Source: an uncultured Verrucomicrobiae bacterium
GTDB taxonomy: Bacteria; Verrucomicrobiota; Verrucomicrobiia; Chthoniobacterales; JAFAMB01
Assembly: GCA_963837955.1 (NCBI GenBank)
Contig: CAWIPH010000001.1
Coordinates: 192,001 to 256,000, forward strand
Length of the DNA: 64,000 nucleotides
Direction of reading: 5' to 3'
In this document: positions 39,540-49,134 of the stretch, one piece after another
Layout: every line of letters starts with the position of its first letter
How positions within the stretch are numbered: the first letter of the stretch is position 1
The notes under the pieces: generated by a model
Databases searched by the model: none
Told to the model about the DNA's origin: nothing
Seen by the model: only the letters and a program-made list of their open reading frames with translations
Program-made: the position numbers and the translations under genes

Positions 39540-40232
39540 ATGGTCTCCAAGTCAGAGCGAAATCAAAACGCGTTTGCCAGCATTCGAGCGGCGGCAAAAT
39601 TCGTTTTTCGGCTCGCCCTGGTGATCGTGTTATCGGGCTTGGCTGCGATATCCTACCTCATTGTTCGCTCCAAAGACCCTCTTTATGTGGTGCGCGAGAT
39701 CAAAGACTGGGGCGACTATCATCGGTTTGACGCTCTGATCACAAAAGTTGCCGCAGAACATAGGCTCGATCCGCGCCTAGTGAAAGCGGTGGTGTGGCGA
39801 GAAAGTCGGTTTCAAACCGATATGGTGGGCAAGAACGGCGAACGCGGTCTAATGCAAATCTCGGGCATCGCGGCTCGGGAATGGGCAACCGCCAACGCCA
39901 TCCCCAATTTTGAGCCTGACCAATTGTTCAATCCGGAAACGAACCTGGAGATTGGAGCTTGGACCTTAGGAAAGGCGATGCAGCACTGGAACAATCAAGA
40001 TGACGCCGTGCCGTTCGCTCTGGCGGAGTACAATGCTGGCCACAGCCGAGTGGATCGCTGGGTCCGGGTCGCATCGCAAAAAAGCCCGCAACTGAACGCC
40101 CAAATCTTTGAAGACAGCATCGATTTTCCTTCAACGGCGCACTACGTCCGAACGATCCTTGCCCGGTATGATTTCTACAAGCAGCGAGGACCGCTAGTGG
40201 CCACCGAGAGCAGTCCTGTGCTGCCGGAATAG
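39540..40232 (+). CDS. Lytic transglycosylase (SLT domain), membrane-anchored
   Basis: AVVWRESRF, GLMQI, ALAEYNAG motifs; N-terminal TM helix. Confidence 0.92.
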   Translation: MVSKSERNQNAFASIRAAAKFVFRLALVIVLSGLAAISYLIVRSKDPLYVVREIKDWGDYHRFDALITKVAAEHRLDPRLVKAVVWRESRFQTDMVGKNGERGLMQISGIAAREWATANAIPNFEPDQLFNPETNLEIGAWTLGKAMQHWNNQDDAVPFALAEYNAGHSRVDRWVRVASQKSPQLNAQIFEDSIDFPSTAHYVRTILARYDFYKQRGPLVATESSPVLPE

Positions 40233-40362
40233 GGGAGCGTCCGAGATTCACACCGTCTTTCCGGTTGACTGCGAGCCGCCAGCCATCCACGGTCGCGTCC
40301 ACGCGACCTTCCAGATTCTAACTCCTAGATTCTGAATGCGTTTGCGCTTATCGAACGCCAAA

Positions 40363-42252
40363 ATGGTTGCAGCAGAAAAGGCAAATCCGCGATCTGGTTC
40401 ACTCGTTTCTCGCATTGCCCCCTGGTTCCCGGTCGCACTTTTTCTTTTTGCTCTGTTTTATTATGGCTCCTACGCGCTCTCCGGACTGGATCTAAATGGA
40501 GAGGGTGGCACGATCGCGGTAATCGCGGACCGAATCCGAACCGGATCCAGACCATTCGTGGACACTTTTCTCGGGTACAATCTGCTGTGGTTTTATCCGA
40601 TCGTCTGGTTGTTCCGAGTCTTTGGCCCGAACTTCACCATTGTCCGGATATTCTTCTTTGCCTTATCGATATTCACGGCACTTTTCGGTTACCGGGCCGT
40701 GCTTCGGGCGACGTCCCGCCCTCTGCTCGGTTTGGCGGTCGGGCTGATTCTGGTGCTGATACCCGGTATCCAGTTTCGCAACTATCTACCCTTCTTCGGA
40801 GTAGCCAATCTTCTAGTGATCCTCGAAGCGTTCTGCCTACCGCATCGCGATCAGCGTACACGCCTGGGCTGGGTTTTCGTCGCTGCGCTCCTCGTTTCGG
40901 CTACGTTTCTCGTCCGGATCGACCTCGGCTTGTTTTTTGCCGTCGTCCTGGTTGGCGCTGCTCTCGCCCACGCATTTCTGGGTATCGACCCCCGCCCGGT
41001 GCGTCTCCAAGCTTTGCTAACTACCGCTCTACTGCTTCCGATCACATTCTTCGCATTGCATCTGCCGATCGGGCTTTACGCGCAGGCACGTGGCTTTGGT
41101 GATGCCTTTTGGAACCAGTATACCAGCCAAATTACCGATCTGGATTATCGCGTTGTGCACCTGCTGCCTCAGTCCTCCGCGACGAAGGCGACGCCATCCG
41201 CGACGAAAGCAACACCGTCTGCGGCGAAACCGACACCGTCCGTTCGTTTGGCGCAGCAGTCTTCCGAGACGCTGACTCCGACCGAAAATAATGATCGCTC
41301 GAATCGACCACTGCCCCGTTGGACGGATATGTTCACCAGCAGATGGGGCAAAACCCGGATTCTCGTTTTCCTGATCTATTATCCGATAGTCGCCGGCGCC
41401 ATCATGGCCGGTGCCACCCTGGTGCTGGCCTTTACCAGCCTCAGGAGCGGCCTTTCGACACGCTCAAGACAGGATCTTTCGACAAGCTCAAGACGGGATC
41501 TTTCGACAAGCTCAAGACAGGATCTTTCGACAGGCTCAAGACTGGGCCGAGCTGGAACTGATGCGTTGGTGCTCGGTATCTCGTTGGCTGCAGCCTTTAC
41601 TCTCTTCCCGCAGTATTTTTTCTTCCGCCCGGATCCGCAGCACGTCAGCGAAATGATGTGCGTTTTTCTAGTAGCACTGGGGTGCGCCTGCGGTATCGCT
41701 CTTGATCGATTTCGGTCCGCTAACCGGTGGCTACGGTGTTTACTGATCGCTTGGATCGCTTTGTGCCTAGTCCACGTTTATCTCTACTGTGACTATGGAC
41801 TCGCTGTTCCCTGGATGGGCTCCATCGCTCGGAAAAAACCAAATGAAGTTTGGTTCCAGGCTGACAAGTGCGTGATCGCACTCTTACCTCCGGCGGAGGC
41901 CGAAGAGTGTCGTGAGCTGTACGAAACCGTGAAAACCCACTCGATTCGAAGCGATTACGTAGTCTGTTTTCCCTACGCGCCGACCGTAAATTTTATGACT
42001 AACCGGCGTTCCTACCTATATAATCTTTACGTCGACAATGCGACCCGGCCACTTAATTTCGACGCAAAAGCTATTGCCGATATCGAACAATACCGGCCTG
42101 CTGCGATCTTGGTGAACGATGATCCGATGAATGTCGTGGAGGCCTCACGATTCAGTGTTTGGGCGGCCACCACGTTTGCCTATATCCAGCAACATTACCG
42201 TTACGCCGGCACTTTCCGGCGCAATGACGTTTATCTGGCGCCGGAAAAGTAG
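40363..42252 (+). CDS. Polytopic membrane protein, GT-C (ArnT/PMT-like) architecture
   Basis: About 11-13 TM segments, acidic first loop, C-terminal soluble domain; start at 40336 or 40363. The family call is inferred. Confidence 0.6.
   Translation: MVAAEKANPRSGSLVSRIAPWFPVALFLFALFYYGSYALSGLDLNGEGGTIAVIADRIRTGSRPFVDTFLGYNLLWFYPIVWLFRVFGPNFTIVRIFFFALSIFTALFGYRAVLRATSRPLLGLAVGLILVLIPGIQFRNYLPFFGVANLLVILEAFCLPHRDQRTRLGWVFVAALLVSATFLVRIDLGLFFAVVLVGAALAHAFLGIDPRPVRLQALLTTALLLPITFFALHLPIGLYAQARGFGDAFWNQYTSQITDLDYRVVHLLPQSSATKATPSATKATPSAAKPTPSVRLAQQSSETLTPTENNDRSNRPLPRWTDMFTSRWGKTRILVFLIYYPIVAGAIMAGATLVLAFTSLRSGLSTRSRQDLSTSSRRDLSTSSRQDLSTGSRLGRAGTDALVLGISLAAAFTLFPQYFFFRPDPQHVSEMMCVFLVALGCACGIALDRFRSANRWLRCLLIAWIALCLVHVYLYCDYGLAVPWMGSIARKKPNEVWFQADKCVIALLPPAEAEECRELYETVKTHSIRSDYVVCFPYAPTVNFMTNRRSYLYNLYVDNATRPLNFDAKAIADIEQYRPAAILVNDDPMNVVEASRFSVWAATTFAYIQQHYRYAGTFRRNDVYLAPEK
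41452..41545 (+). repeat. In-frame 24-bp tandem repeat, 4 copies, inside a CDS
   Basis: CTTTCGACA(C/A/G)GCTCAAGAC(A/G/T)GGAT units encoding LSTxSRxD. Confidence 0.92.
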
Positions 42253-42361
42253 CCTGATGCTCCAGCCTCAGGGACCCAACCGTCCGCAAGCCTGAAAAGG
42301 TCAGACCGTTGACTTCATAGACGCATTGCCCTGGGTTCCAGAGCCGGGAGGATCAGGCTAC
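42249..42361. repeat. GTAG-type REP/REPIN (family B)
   Basis: GTAGCCTGATGCTCCAGCCTCAGGGA ... GGAGGATCAGGCTAC; the left 26 bp are identical to 26228-26253. Confidence 0.8.
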
Positions 42362-42435
42362 GACATGTCTTCTGCCGGTTTGTCGCGCGTAGCGGAGAAC
42401 TAAGGAACGGACGCATCGAGCGCATTCCTATTGGG

Positions 42436-43326
42436 TCATTTCACAAAGCTTCGGAGTAAGGCCAGGTTCACCCGATCTTCTGCCAAATCTTCCTTTTTCG
42501 GTGTCTCCAGAACTTTCGGAAGGTGTGCGAACCTCTCAGAGCGCATGATTTCTTGGAACGGTGCCTTCCCGATTTTCCCTTTGCCGATATGATCATGCCG
42601 ATCGACTCGAGACCCGAGGGGGGTCTTCGAATCATTCAGATGCCAAGCGGACAAACGATCGATCCCGATTTCTTGGTCAAATTGGTCGATGGTCCGCCAA
42701 AACCCTTTCGCGGTACTGATGTCATACCCGGCGACAAACAAATGGGCCGTGTCGAGACAGACCAGCAGGCGTTTGGGGTACCGGCAAGACGCGATGATGC
42801 CGGCAAGTTGACTAAAGGTGTGCCCGAGAGAGCTCCCTTGTCCGGCCGTAATCTCCAGCGCAATCTTGCATCGAGCTTTCGGCAGTCCCGCGAAGACCGC
42901 GTCCAGACTCTCCGCTACAAGCTTAATGCCAGCATCTACACCTGCGCCCAAGTGGGCACCGGGATGCAGGACGAGAAATGGCAGTCCAAGCAGCTCAGCC
43001 CGCTCCAGCTCCATTTTTAGAGACTCTCGTGATTTTTCGAGGATATCCTCCCGGTTCGTCGCCAAGTTGATCAGGTAGCTGGTGTGCCCAAACACGATCT
43101 GTGGCTTTTCCGGATAGGATCGGAAAGCAGCAACCTCCGCCTCCGAAATGGGCTTGGCAAACCATTGCATATTGTTCTTCACAAAGATTTGAATTGCGGT
43201 GCAGCCAATCGATCGACCGCGCTCAAGGGCTTTACTGGGGCCACCTGATATCGACATATGAGCGCCAAGCAAAAGTGGTGCCTGCTTCTGAGAACGAGGA
43301 GTCTTGGGGGAGGATGCTTTCGCCAT
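42436..43326 (-). CDS. nfo: Endonuclease IV
   Basis: GAHMSISGG, HTSYLINL, VLHPG, LE.TAGQG, CLDTAH, HLNDSK, DRH, LETP. Confidence 0.96.
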   Translation of the reverse strand: MAKASSPKTPRSQKQAPLLLGAHMSISGGPSKALERGRSIGCTAIQIFVKNNMQWFAKPISEAEVAAFRSYPEKPQIVFGHTSYLINLATNREDILEKSRESLKMELERAELLGLPFLVLHPGAHLGAGVDAGIKLVAESLDAVFAGLPKARCKIALEITAGQGSSLGHTFSQLAGIIASCRYPKRLLVCLDTAHLFVAGYDISTAKGFWRTIDQFDQEIGIDRLSAWHLNDSKTPLGSRVDRHDHIGKGKIGKAPFQEIMRSERFAHLPKVLETPKKEDLAEDRVNLALLRSFVK

Positions 43327-43676
43327 GGTGTAATTTAAAAGGATTCAAAGGGACACAGCAGCGTAGCCGCATTCACAGCGATTAGTGAGAAGTGATTTGT
43401 GATTGGACGAAAATCCTCGCAACGAAACCCGGATGAACAAGGGTCTGGAAACGTACCACCACGCGGCCAGTTTCTTCTTTTGAACAGGAGGAAACAGAGC
43501 AAACGGAGAACCAAGTTTCGGTCTCCTCCCATGAGGAAGAATCCAGATCTCTAAACAGAAGGTTGCAAAGTTTCAGCCCAGTACGAAGCATCGCCTGAAG
43601 TTAGATTTCGTTTGTAGAGATGCGTTCAGCAAGTACCCGAGAGGAGCACAGCACCTGCAGTGACAGCCGCATGGGG

Positions 43677-45969
43677 CTATTTCTGCGGGCCAATGATCTG
43701 CCATTCCGGCGATTCGATGGTCCCGATGACGCGCGCGCGCAGAGCCTCTTCATCTAGCGAACCTGAAAGATCAACCAAACCTCCCAATATTCCAATCGAA
43801 CCCGTCAGCTGCAGCGAGTGGCCGGTACTCCACAGTTTGAGCAGTTCAATTGTTACAGTTTCGCCCGCGGCTTGGAATTGTAGGTCGACAGCAGACGGTT
43901 CTTGCAGTCCGGCTGCTCGCAGACGGCCTACGATCGGCTCAAACAACGGAGCGTCCTCGAATCGAGCCTTTGCTAAATGGAGCGAGCCGGTGACGACGGC
44001 GACGGAACCCTTTCGATTCGGTTGCCGTAAAGAGAGTGTGCCGGTGAGCTGTCCTGAATAGGGTTTTAACCAGTGCGACACATGTTCTAGCTTCGCCAGA
44101 TCAATCTCGTTGAAGCGCAGGCTTGCTTCGATCATCGGGTTGTCACCGGTGAAAGTTGCGTTTGCGTTCGCGACGCAAACACCAGTTCCGAGCGTTCCCT
44201 TGCAATTGCATAAGGCGTACATCCTCCGGATCGACCTGGAACTCGCCATCACCGGCGTCAAAAGGAAGTTCGACAAAGCCCCACCGAAACGTAAACGGGT
44301 CGGCGGAATGGATCTTCACGGAAAGGGAGCGAGCTGGAGTTTCTCCAGGTCCACTCACCGTTTTTAGAGTTATCGACGGCGCAATGTTGCACCGAAAAGC
44401 ATCGGTAAACAGGGTGAGCCTGGGATCTACCCAGCTGGCTAATGCAGAAGGATAGATGTGCGCCTCAGCATTGATAGACGACATTTCGTGATCGAGGAGA
44501 TCGTAAGTAAAATTGCCGCTGCCAATTCCTTCATCTCGCGCCACCTGGACATTTTCGACAACGACCTTGCCACTTCCGATTCGGAAGGAAGCCGAAGCGG
44601 AGTCGAGAAATACCCCGCGAAACCGGGTTCTCCCGAGCCAAGCTTGGCCCGATCCGCTGACGTCCTCTGGTCGCGGTGAGATTCCGGACAACGAAAGTTG
44701 AATGACCGGCGGCGCAATAAAATCCCAGGCGGCACAAATGGACCGCAGCTCCTCGGGCAGCAACGGGCTGACCGCGGCAGGATTCAACGCAGATTGGACC
44801 CGCAGGCGGAACTCCTCCGGCGTGCGCAGAATTTCGCCGGTCAAAGTGCCGGATCGGTGAGTTACTTCGGCGTTAGAAATCATCCAAGCTTCGCCCTGAC
44901 GGGAGAAACTCGCCCGCAGACTTTGAAACGGGATTCCTTGCACAGCGAACCGTTCGAAGTTCAGCTTGCCGATGAATTGCAAGGTTCCATCCCGTTGAAG
45001 CGTCCCCGTCAACTCAATCTGCGGTGGCGCGTTAAACACCCAGTCTCGCAACCAGCGAACTCGAGGTTCGTCTTTCAATAGCCGCCCGATATCCAAAGTG
45101 CTGCGCGCTTGGAACTGTTTCTTTCCGGATCCGAAATCCCAATCCGCCACGGCAAACAATTCGCCCTCCGCGTCCTGGACCTGGCAATGGCGAACGCGCA
45201 AACAACGATTCTGATAACTGAAATCGGCAGTCAAATTTCGCAATTCGTCGTCACCGTGGATCAGTCGTTGCGCTTCCAAATGGCCGGCATCCAGACGCCA
45301 ATCCGCCGGGTTCATCATGTCTGCTTGAAACGAGAACTTCATCACGGGCGGTTCTCCGGGGTAATGAACGGACTTCAGTTCATGAAGAATCTCAGTGATG
45401 AATCCAAGACGCGCGCTGGATGAGTCGGGATCATGTTCCTCAGCCAGGATGACGGCGGGGAACGATTGCGGATGCAGAATCGTTCCGCTGGCATCGAACC
45501 GGATTCCGTAAAGCTTGCCAGAGGCCTGGCGGATCTCGATGCGCCCCGCCAAAAAATAGATACGCGCGTTAAAATTAGTCAGTCGAATTTTTTCCCCCGA
45601 CGGTTTGCTCGGATCAAGTGGAATCACAATCCGCGCGCCGCGCAGATCCACGGCATTTAGAGCCGGTTCGTGCTGAAACAGATTAGCGTAATTAATGTCG
45701 AGCGAGATGTTGTTGATCTGGGCGAGAAGCGTATCGCCGGATTTGTTATCGAAAATCGCGACATCCCGAGCGATCAGTCCGTGGAAGGGATCAAGCGTCA
45801 GCTTGCTCACATCAATCGAAAGGCCGTACCGATCGAATTCTTTTTCGAGCAAACCGCGCCACCGTTTCCCAAATCCTCTCGCATAACCGTACCAACTGAT
45901 CCAGACCGTTGCTGCAACTAACAACACGAGGAGTGGCCACCGAATGATACGAACAATGCGGCCGAACAT
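43677..45969 (-). pseudogene. AsmA/TamB-like protein split by an apparent +1 frameshift near 44197 (or a sequencing error)
   Basis: Two overlapping same-strand ORFs; N-terminal TM helix then beta-rich sequence. Removing one base joins ...MQLQG to TLGTGVC..., giving about 763 aa. Confidence 0.65.
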
Positions 45970-46064
45970 TTTCCGATGATCGGCCAAAGTTGGGAAAAGG
46001 AAAGCCGGAGATTCAAACTCAGTCCTTCCACTTTGGCCCGGCACCTGCTAAAGATAGAATCCCG

Positions 46065-46757
46065 ATGATTCAACCGAACTGTCGGGCGCGGTTTACCGCG
46101 GAAGACTTTAACTTCGTTGTCCGCGTCCTCGGGCGAAACCAAAGACAATCTGTCAGCCTGGTAGACCTGCTCACTGACCCGGAAATTCGCGACGAAATCC
46201 TCGACCATGAAGCGCTGTCGCGCGCCGTGCTTGAAAATCCAGGCAACTTGGTCATTTCTCCGCAGTTCTATTTTTATATTTTAGCCAGACTGGTATTGCG
46301 AAGGACACAAATTGACGACCGGACAATGGCCGATTATCTGGCCGCGTTGCTGGAGAAGTTCTCTCAGATGAGGCAATGGTCCGCTCCGGTCGAAGCTATC
46401 CAAACGGCTTACGTCTCGGATCTGCTGGCCGCCCTGAAGAGCGCCTCATCGTATCAGACCTTCTTGATTCGAACTTACATCGGCAATTATTCGCTATTTC
46501 TTACCGGCATCTTTTACGAAAATGTCGAATCTCGGCGGCAACGGGGCGCTCCGAGTTGCTCTTTTTACGAAGAACTCGGTCGCACGAGTTTTCGCAGCGC
46601 GGCGTCTCATGATGTCGCCAAAAGATTTCAGCTTACCGATCTGTTTGAGCAATTGGCCGAACAATTCCGGGAATGCCGCATAGCCTTGAACCGCCTGGCG
46701 GACGAGCTGTTCGATCTTGGCGATCACCGGTACCAGCAGCCGATTATCTCGCTATGA
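46065..46757 (+). CDS. Conserved-looking hypothetical helical protein
   Basis: MIQPNCRARFT...GNYSLFLTGIF...FYEELGR; ATGA overlap with the next gene. Confidence 0.8.
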   Translation: MIQPNCRARFTAEDFNFVVRVLGRNQRQSVSLVDLLTDPEIRDEILDHEALSRAVLENPGNLVISPQFYFYILARLVLRRTQIDDRTMADYLAALLEKFSQMRQWSAPVEAIQTAYVSDLLAALKSASSYQTFLIRTYIGNYSLFLTGIFYENVESRRQRGAPSCSFYEELGRTSFRSAASHDVAKRFQLTDLFEQLAEQFRECRIALNRLADELFDLGDHRYQQPIISL

Positions 46758-47458
46758 ATCCGACTCTTTTCAGCGAGGTGCAGCGCCTATTTGAGCGGAC
46801 TTACGCACACGTCGGGATCAATCTGGAGGATTGTTTAATCGATCGGTCGCGGTGCGGCCAATTAACTCGGTTGGCAGGCGCTGCTGCTCATGAGCTTAGC
46901 GACTTGGCCCGCACTTTTTTGCGCACAGCGGATGATCGCCTGTACGTCGGTATTTACTATTCTAGCTGGTTGATCGAACAGCTCGAACGCCATGATCCAC
47001 GCATCGGGCTCTCCGATTCGAACATCCAATCCTTGATCATGTTTGTTGAGGAGATCAATCACGCGTTGCACGGCGCGTTACAATTCAAAGCCGGCTTACG
47101 TCGAATTGATGGCGAAGATTTCGCACGCAACCTCGAACTGCAAGGACTGGTGGATACCTACCTGGTTCTACTCCTCTTCGTGGCCTTTTTCCGCCGAACG
47201 CAAAAGGTTTCTCGTACCGACCGTCGATGGCTGCGATTTCATCTTTTCGAGTCGCGCTCGGGCGACGCCTACCAAGATCGCAACCTGCGCGCACGCTATC
47301 TTGAAACCACTGAACTGGCCGGCAGTTACACGCGCTATCTGGACTCCCTGAACGGGGCACGTCGTCTCGATGAAATTCGCAACTTTCATGCGCTGAGTTA
47401 CGACGAGAAAAGGCGACATATCCTCACGCTGATGAACCGGCCTGACGGGGCTGAGTGA
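46754..47458 (+). CDS. Hypothetical protein with an EExxH motif (possible metal site)
   Basis: FVEEINHALH and LELQGLVDTY motifs; coupled to the upstream gene. Confidence 0.78.
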   Translation: MNPTLFSEVQRLFERTYAHVGINLEDCLIDRSRCGQLTRLAGAAAHELSDLARTFLRTADDRLYVGIYYSSWLIEQLERHDPRIGLSDSNIQSLIMFVEEINHALHGALQFKAGLRRIDGEDFARNLELQGLVDTYLVLLLFVAFFRRTQKVSRTDRRWLRFHLFESRSGDAYQDRNLRARYLETTELAGSYTRYLDSLNGARRLDEIRNFHALSYDEKRRHILTLMNRPDGAE

Positions 47459-47460
47459 GA

Positions 47461-47490
47461 GGTGATTGGTGAGAAGTAATTGGTGATTGG
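47461..47490 (+). repeat. Heptamer array (GGTGATT-like) directly after a stop codon
   Basis: ggtgatt ggtgaga agtaatt ggtgatt; 25/29 identical to 43378-43406. Confidence 0.65.
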
Positions 47491-47743
47491 TTCGCCGCAT
47501 TCCGGATTCCACCCATTTCTCAAGGCTGAGGCGCGCCGGAGGTTGCGTTAAACGTCGCCGTCTTTCTTAACCCGCGCCGGGCTTGAACCGGATGCGCAAA
47601 TCAATCCGCGTTGTCTCTAGGTAAGCAAGGTACGAGGAGCTAGACACAATGGGCATATCGGCGGCCCGACTGCTGGGCGGTTTAAGCCGTTATCTGAGCG
47701 GATCCGAAAGGCGCGGGCGAAAATTTGGCCGCCGGCGCAAGGC

Positions 47744-47783
47744 CAACCTGCAACTTGCAACCTGCAACGGGTAACCTGTAACC
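47744..47783 (-). repeat. Heptamer array (YAACYTG), same family as 31234-31393
   Basis: caacctg caacttg caacctg caacggg taacctg taacc. Confidence 0.8.
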
Positions 47784-47795
47784 CGCCCTCAGCGA

Positions 47796-47824
47796 TTGAC
47801 CCCGCCCCGCTCTTCCTCTACAAC
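47796..47824 (+). promoter_or_regulatory. Putative sigma70 promoter, near-leaderless
   Basis: TTGACC-N17-TACAAC, 9 nt before ATG 47834. Confidence 0.5.
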
Positions 47825-47833
47825 GCATTCAGC

Positions 47834-48712
47834 ATGAAGATTTGGATCAATCGATCGGGCCAAAACCTGGGCACTTTTTCGCTAGAAGAAGTCCAGCGTG
47901 GCCTCGACCAAGGGCAATTCGTCGCTACCGACCTGGCTTGGCAGGACGGTATGGAGACATGGAAACCATTGGCTGAATTCCCCGGGGTTCGGATACCGAG
48001 CGTTGCTGTAGAACCAGCTCAAGTCTATCCAGTGGTACCGCCGCCGGGTCACGAAATCATCGAGTCCGGTCAACCCTCAGTCGCACCGGCCTGGGAACGC
48101 CGACCGGAGGTTAAGCTCTTCCCGGCCTTCTTTATCACTATTCGCGAAGCGCTTTTCGAACCCGGTCCGACCTTTTCCCGGCTGCCGATCAACGGTCAGC
48201 TGATGCGACCGACCACTTTTTACCTAATGCTGCTCTTGATTCAGTACGCGCTGATCTATCTTTTTTATGCGGTTTATATCCCGTTCGCGAGCGCCACAAA
48301 CGGACTCGAGCGCACCGGGGTGTCCATCGGCGTAGCGGAAGCCGTTCTCCCTTTTGCCCTCCTGCTGGTGGCTGCGATGGCCATTGGCTTCAACTTCGTC
48401 GCCGCCGGAATCTTTCATCTCATCCTCATGATGCTGGGAGGCGCGAATAAGGGCTACGAAGCGACTTACAAAGTGTTGTGCTACGCGAACTCGGCGCATC
48501 TGTTCGCTTTTGTGCCCTGCGTCGGATCAATCGCAGCGATCGTGTTTTTCTACATCTCGAGTATCATCGGACTGCAGAGAGCGCACGGCACCGAAACCTG
48601 GAAAGCCGCAGTGGCAATGTTACTGCCAGGCGCGCTCTGCTGCATTACGACGGCCGGGCTGTTCGCCTTTTTCGTTTTCGCGGTCTCGCATGACTCACGG
48701 TTTTCTTCCTAG
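47834..48712 (+). CDS. GYF_2 (DUF4339) plus Yip1-like membrane protein
   Basis: GQNLGTFSLEE...DLAWQDGMETWKPL, then AWE...F..P..F and about 5 TM segments. Confidence 0.8.
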   Translation: MKIWINRSGQNLGTFSLEEVQRGLDQGQFVATDLAWQDGMETWKPLAEFPGVRIPSVAVEPAQVYPVVPPPGHEIIESGQPSVAPAWERRPEVKLFPAFFITIREALFEPGPTFSRLPINGQLMRPTTFYLMLLLIQYALIYLFYAVYIPFASATNGLERTGVSIGVAEAVLPFALLLVAAMAIGFNFVAAGIFHLILMMLGGANKGYEATYKVLCYANSAHLFAFVPCVGSIAAIVFFYISSIIGLQRAHGTETWKAAVAMLLPGALCCITTAGLFAFFVFAVSHDSRFSS

Positions 48713-49134
48713 TGATGCGGATTCAAAGAGTGAACGGACCCTGTCCACCGGGACAAATAGACTTTGAAGCATGGTTTCTTTTTGCCTCGGTGTTGCTGGC
48801 TGCAGGATGCCTTTGCTGGCTTAGCCTCGGTTTACCCTGGCCGCACTGCTGGGTCCGGCACACTTTTGGAGTTCCCTGTCCTACTTGCGGCTCAACGCGA
48901 TGCGCACTCGCGTTGGCCCACGGAGACGTGCGTTCCGCGCTCTTGCTTAATCCGATGATGTTCGCGATCTATTTTGCAGTGGGATGCTGCGACCTGTACG
49001 CGGTCGGCGCACTCTGGTTCGGAGTGCCGCGGTTGCGCTTAGCCAGCCTGCCAACCAAGGTCAAGCAGATATTCGGCCTGCTCATCATTATCGTGGCCAC
49101 TGGTAACTGGATCTATCTTCTTACTAACCGCTGA
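48712..49134 (+). CDS. DUF2752 membrane protein
   Basis: C.....G.PCPTCGSTR...L.HGD...A...NP motif. Confidence 0.88.
   Translation: MMRIQRVNGPCPPGQIDFEAWFLFASVLLAAGCLCWLSLGLPWPHCWVRHTFGVPCPTCGSTRCALALAHGDVRSALLLNPMMFAIYFAVGCCDLYAVGALWFGVPRLRLASLPTKVKQIFGLLIIIVATGNWIYLLTNR

Noticed and set aside
41452..41545. Possible CRISPR array
   Set aside because: The units are directly adjacent with no spacers, lie in frame inside a CDS, and no cas genes are nearby.
47500..47743. Structured intergenic region as a possible riboswitch or ncRNA
   Set aside because: Some hairpins are present, but I cannot match a known family by eye. An Infernal/Rfam search would be needed.
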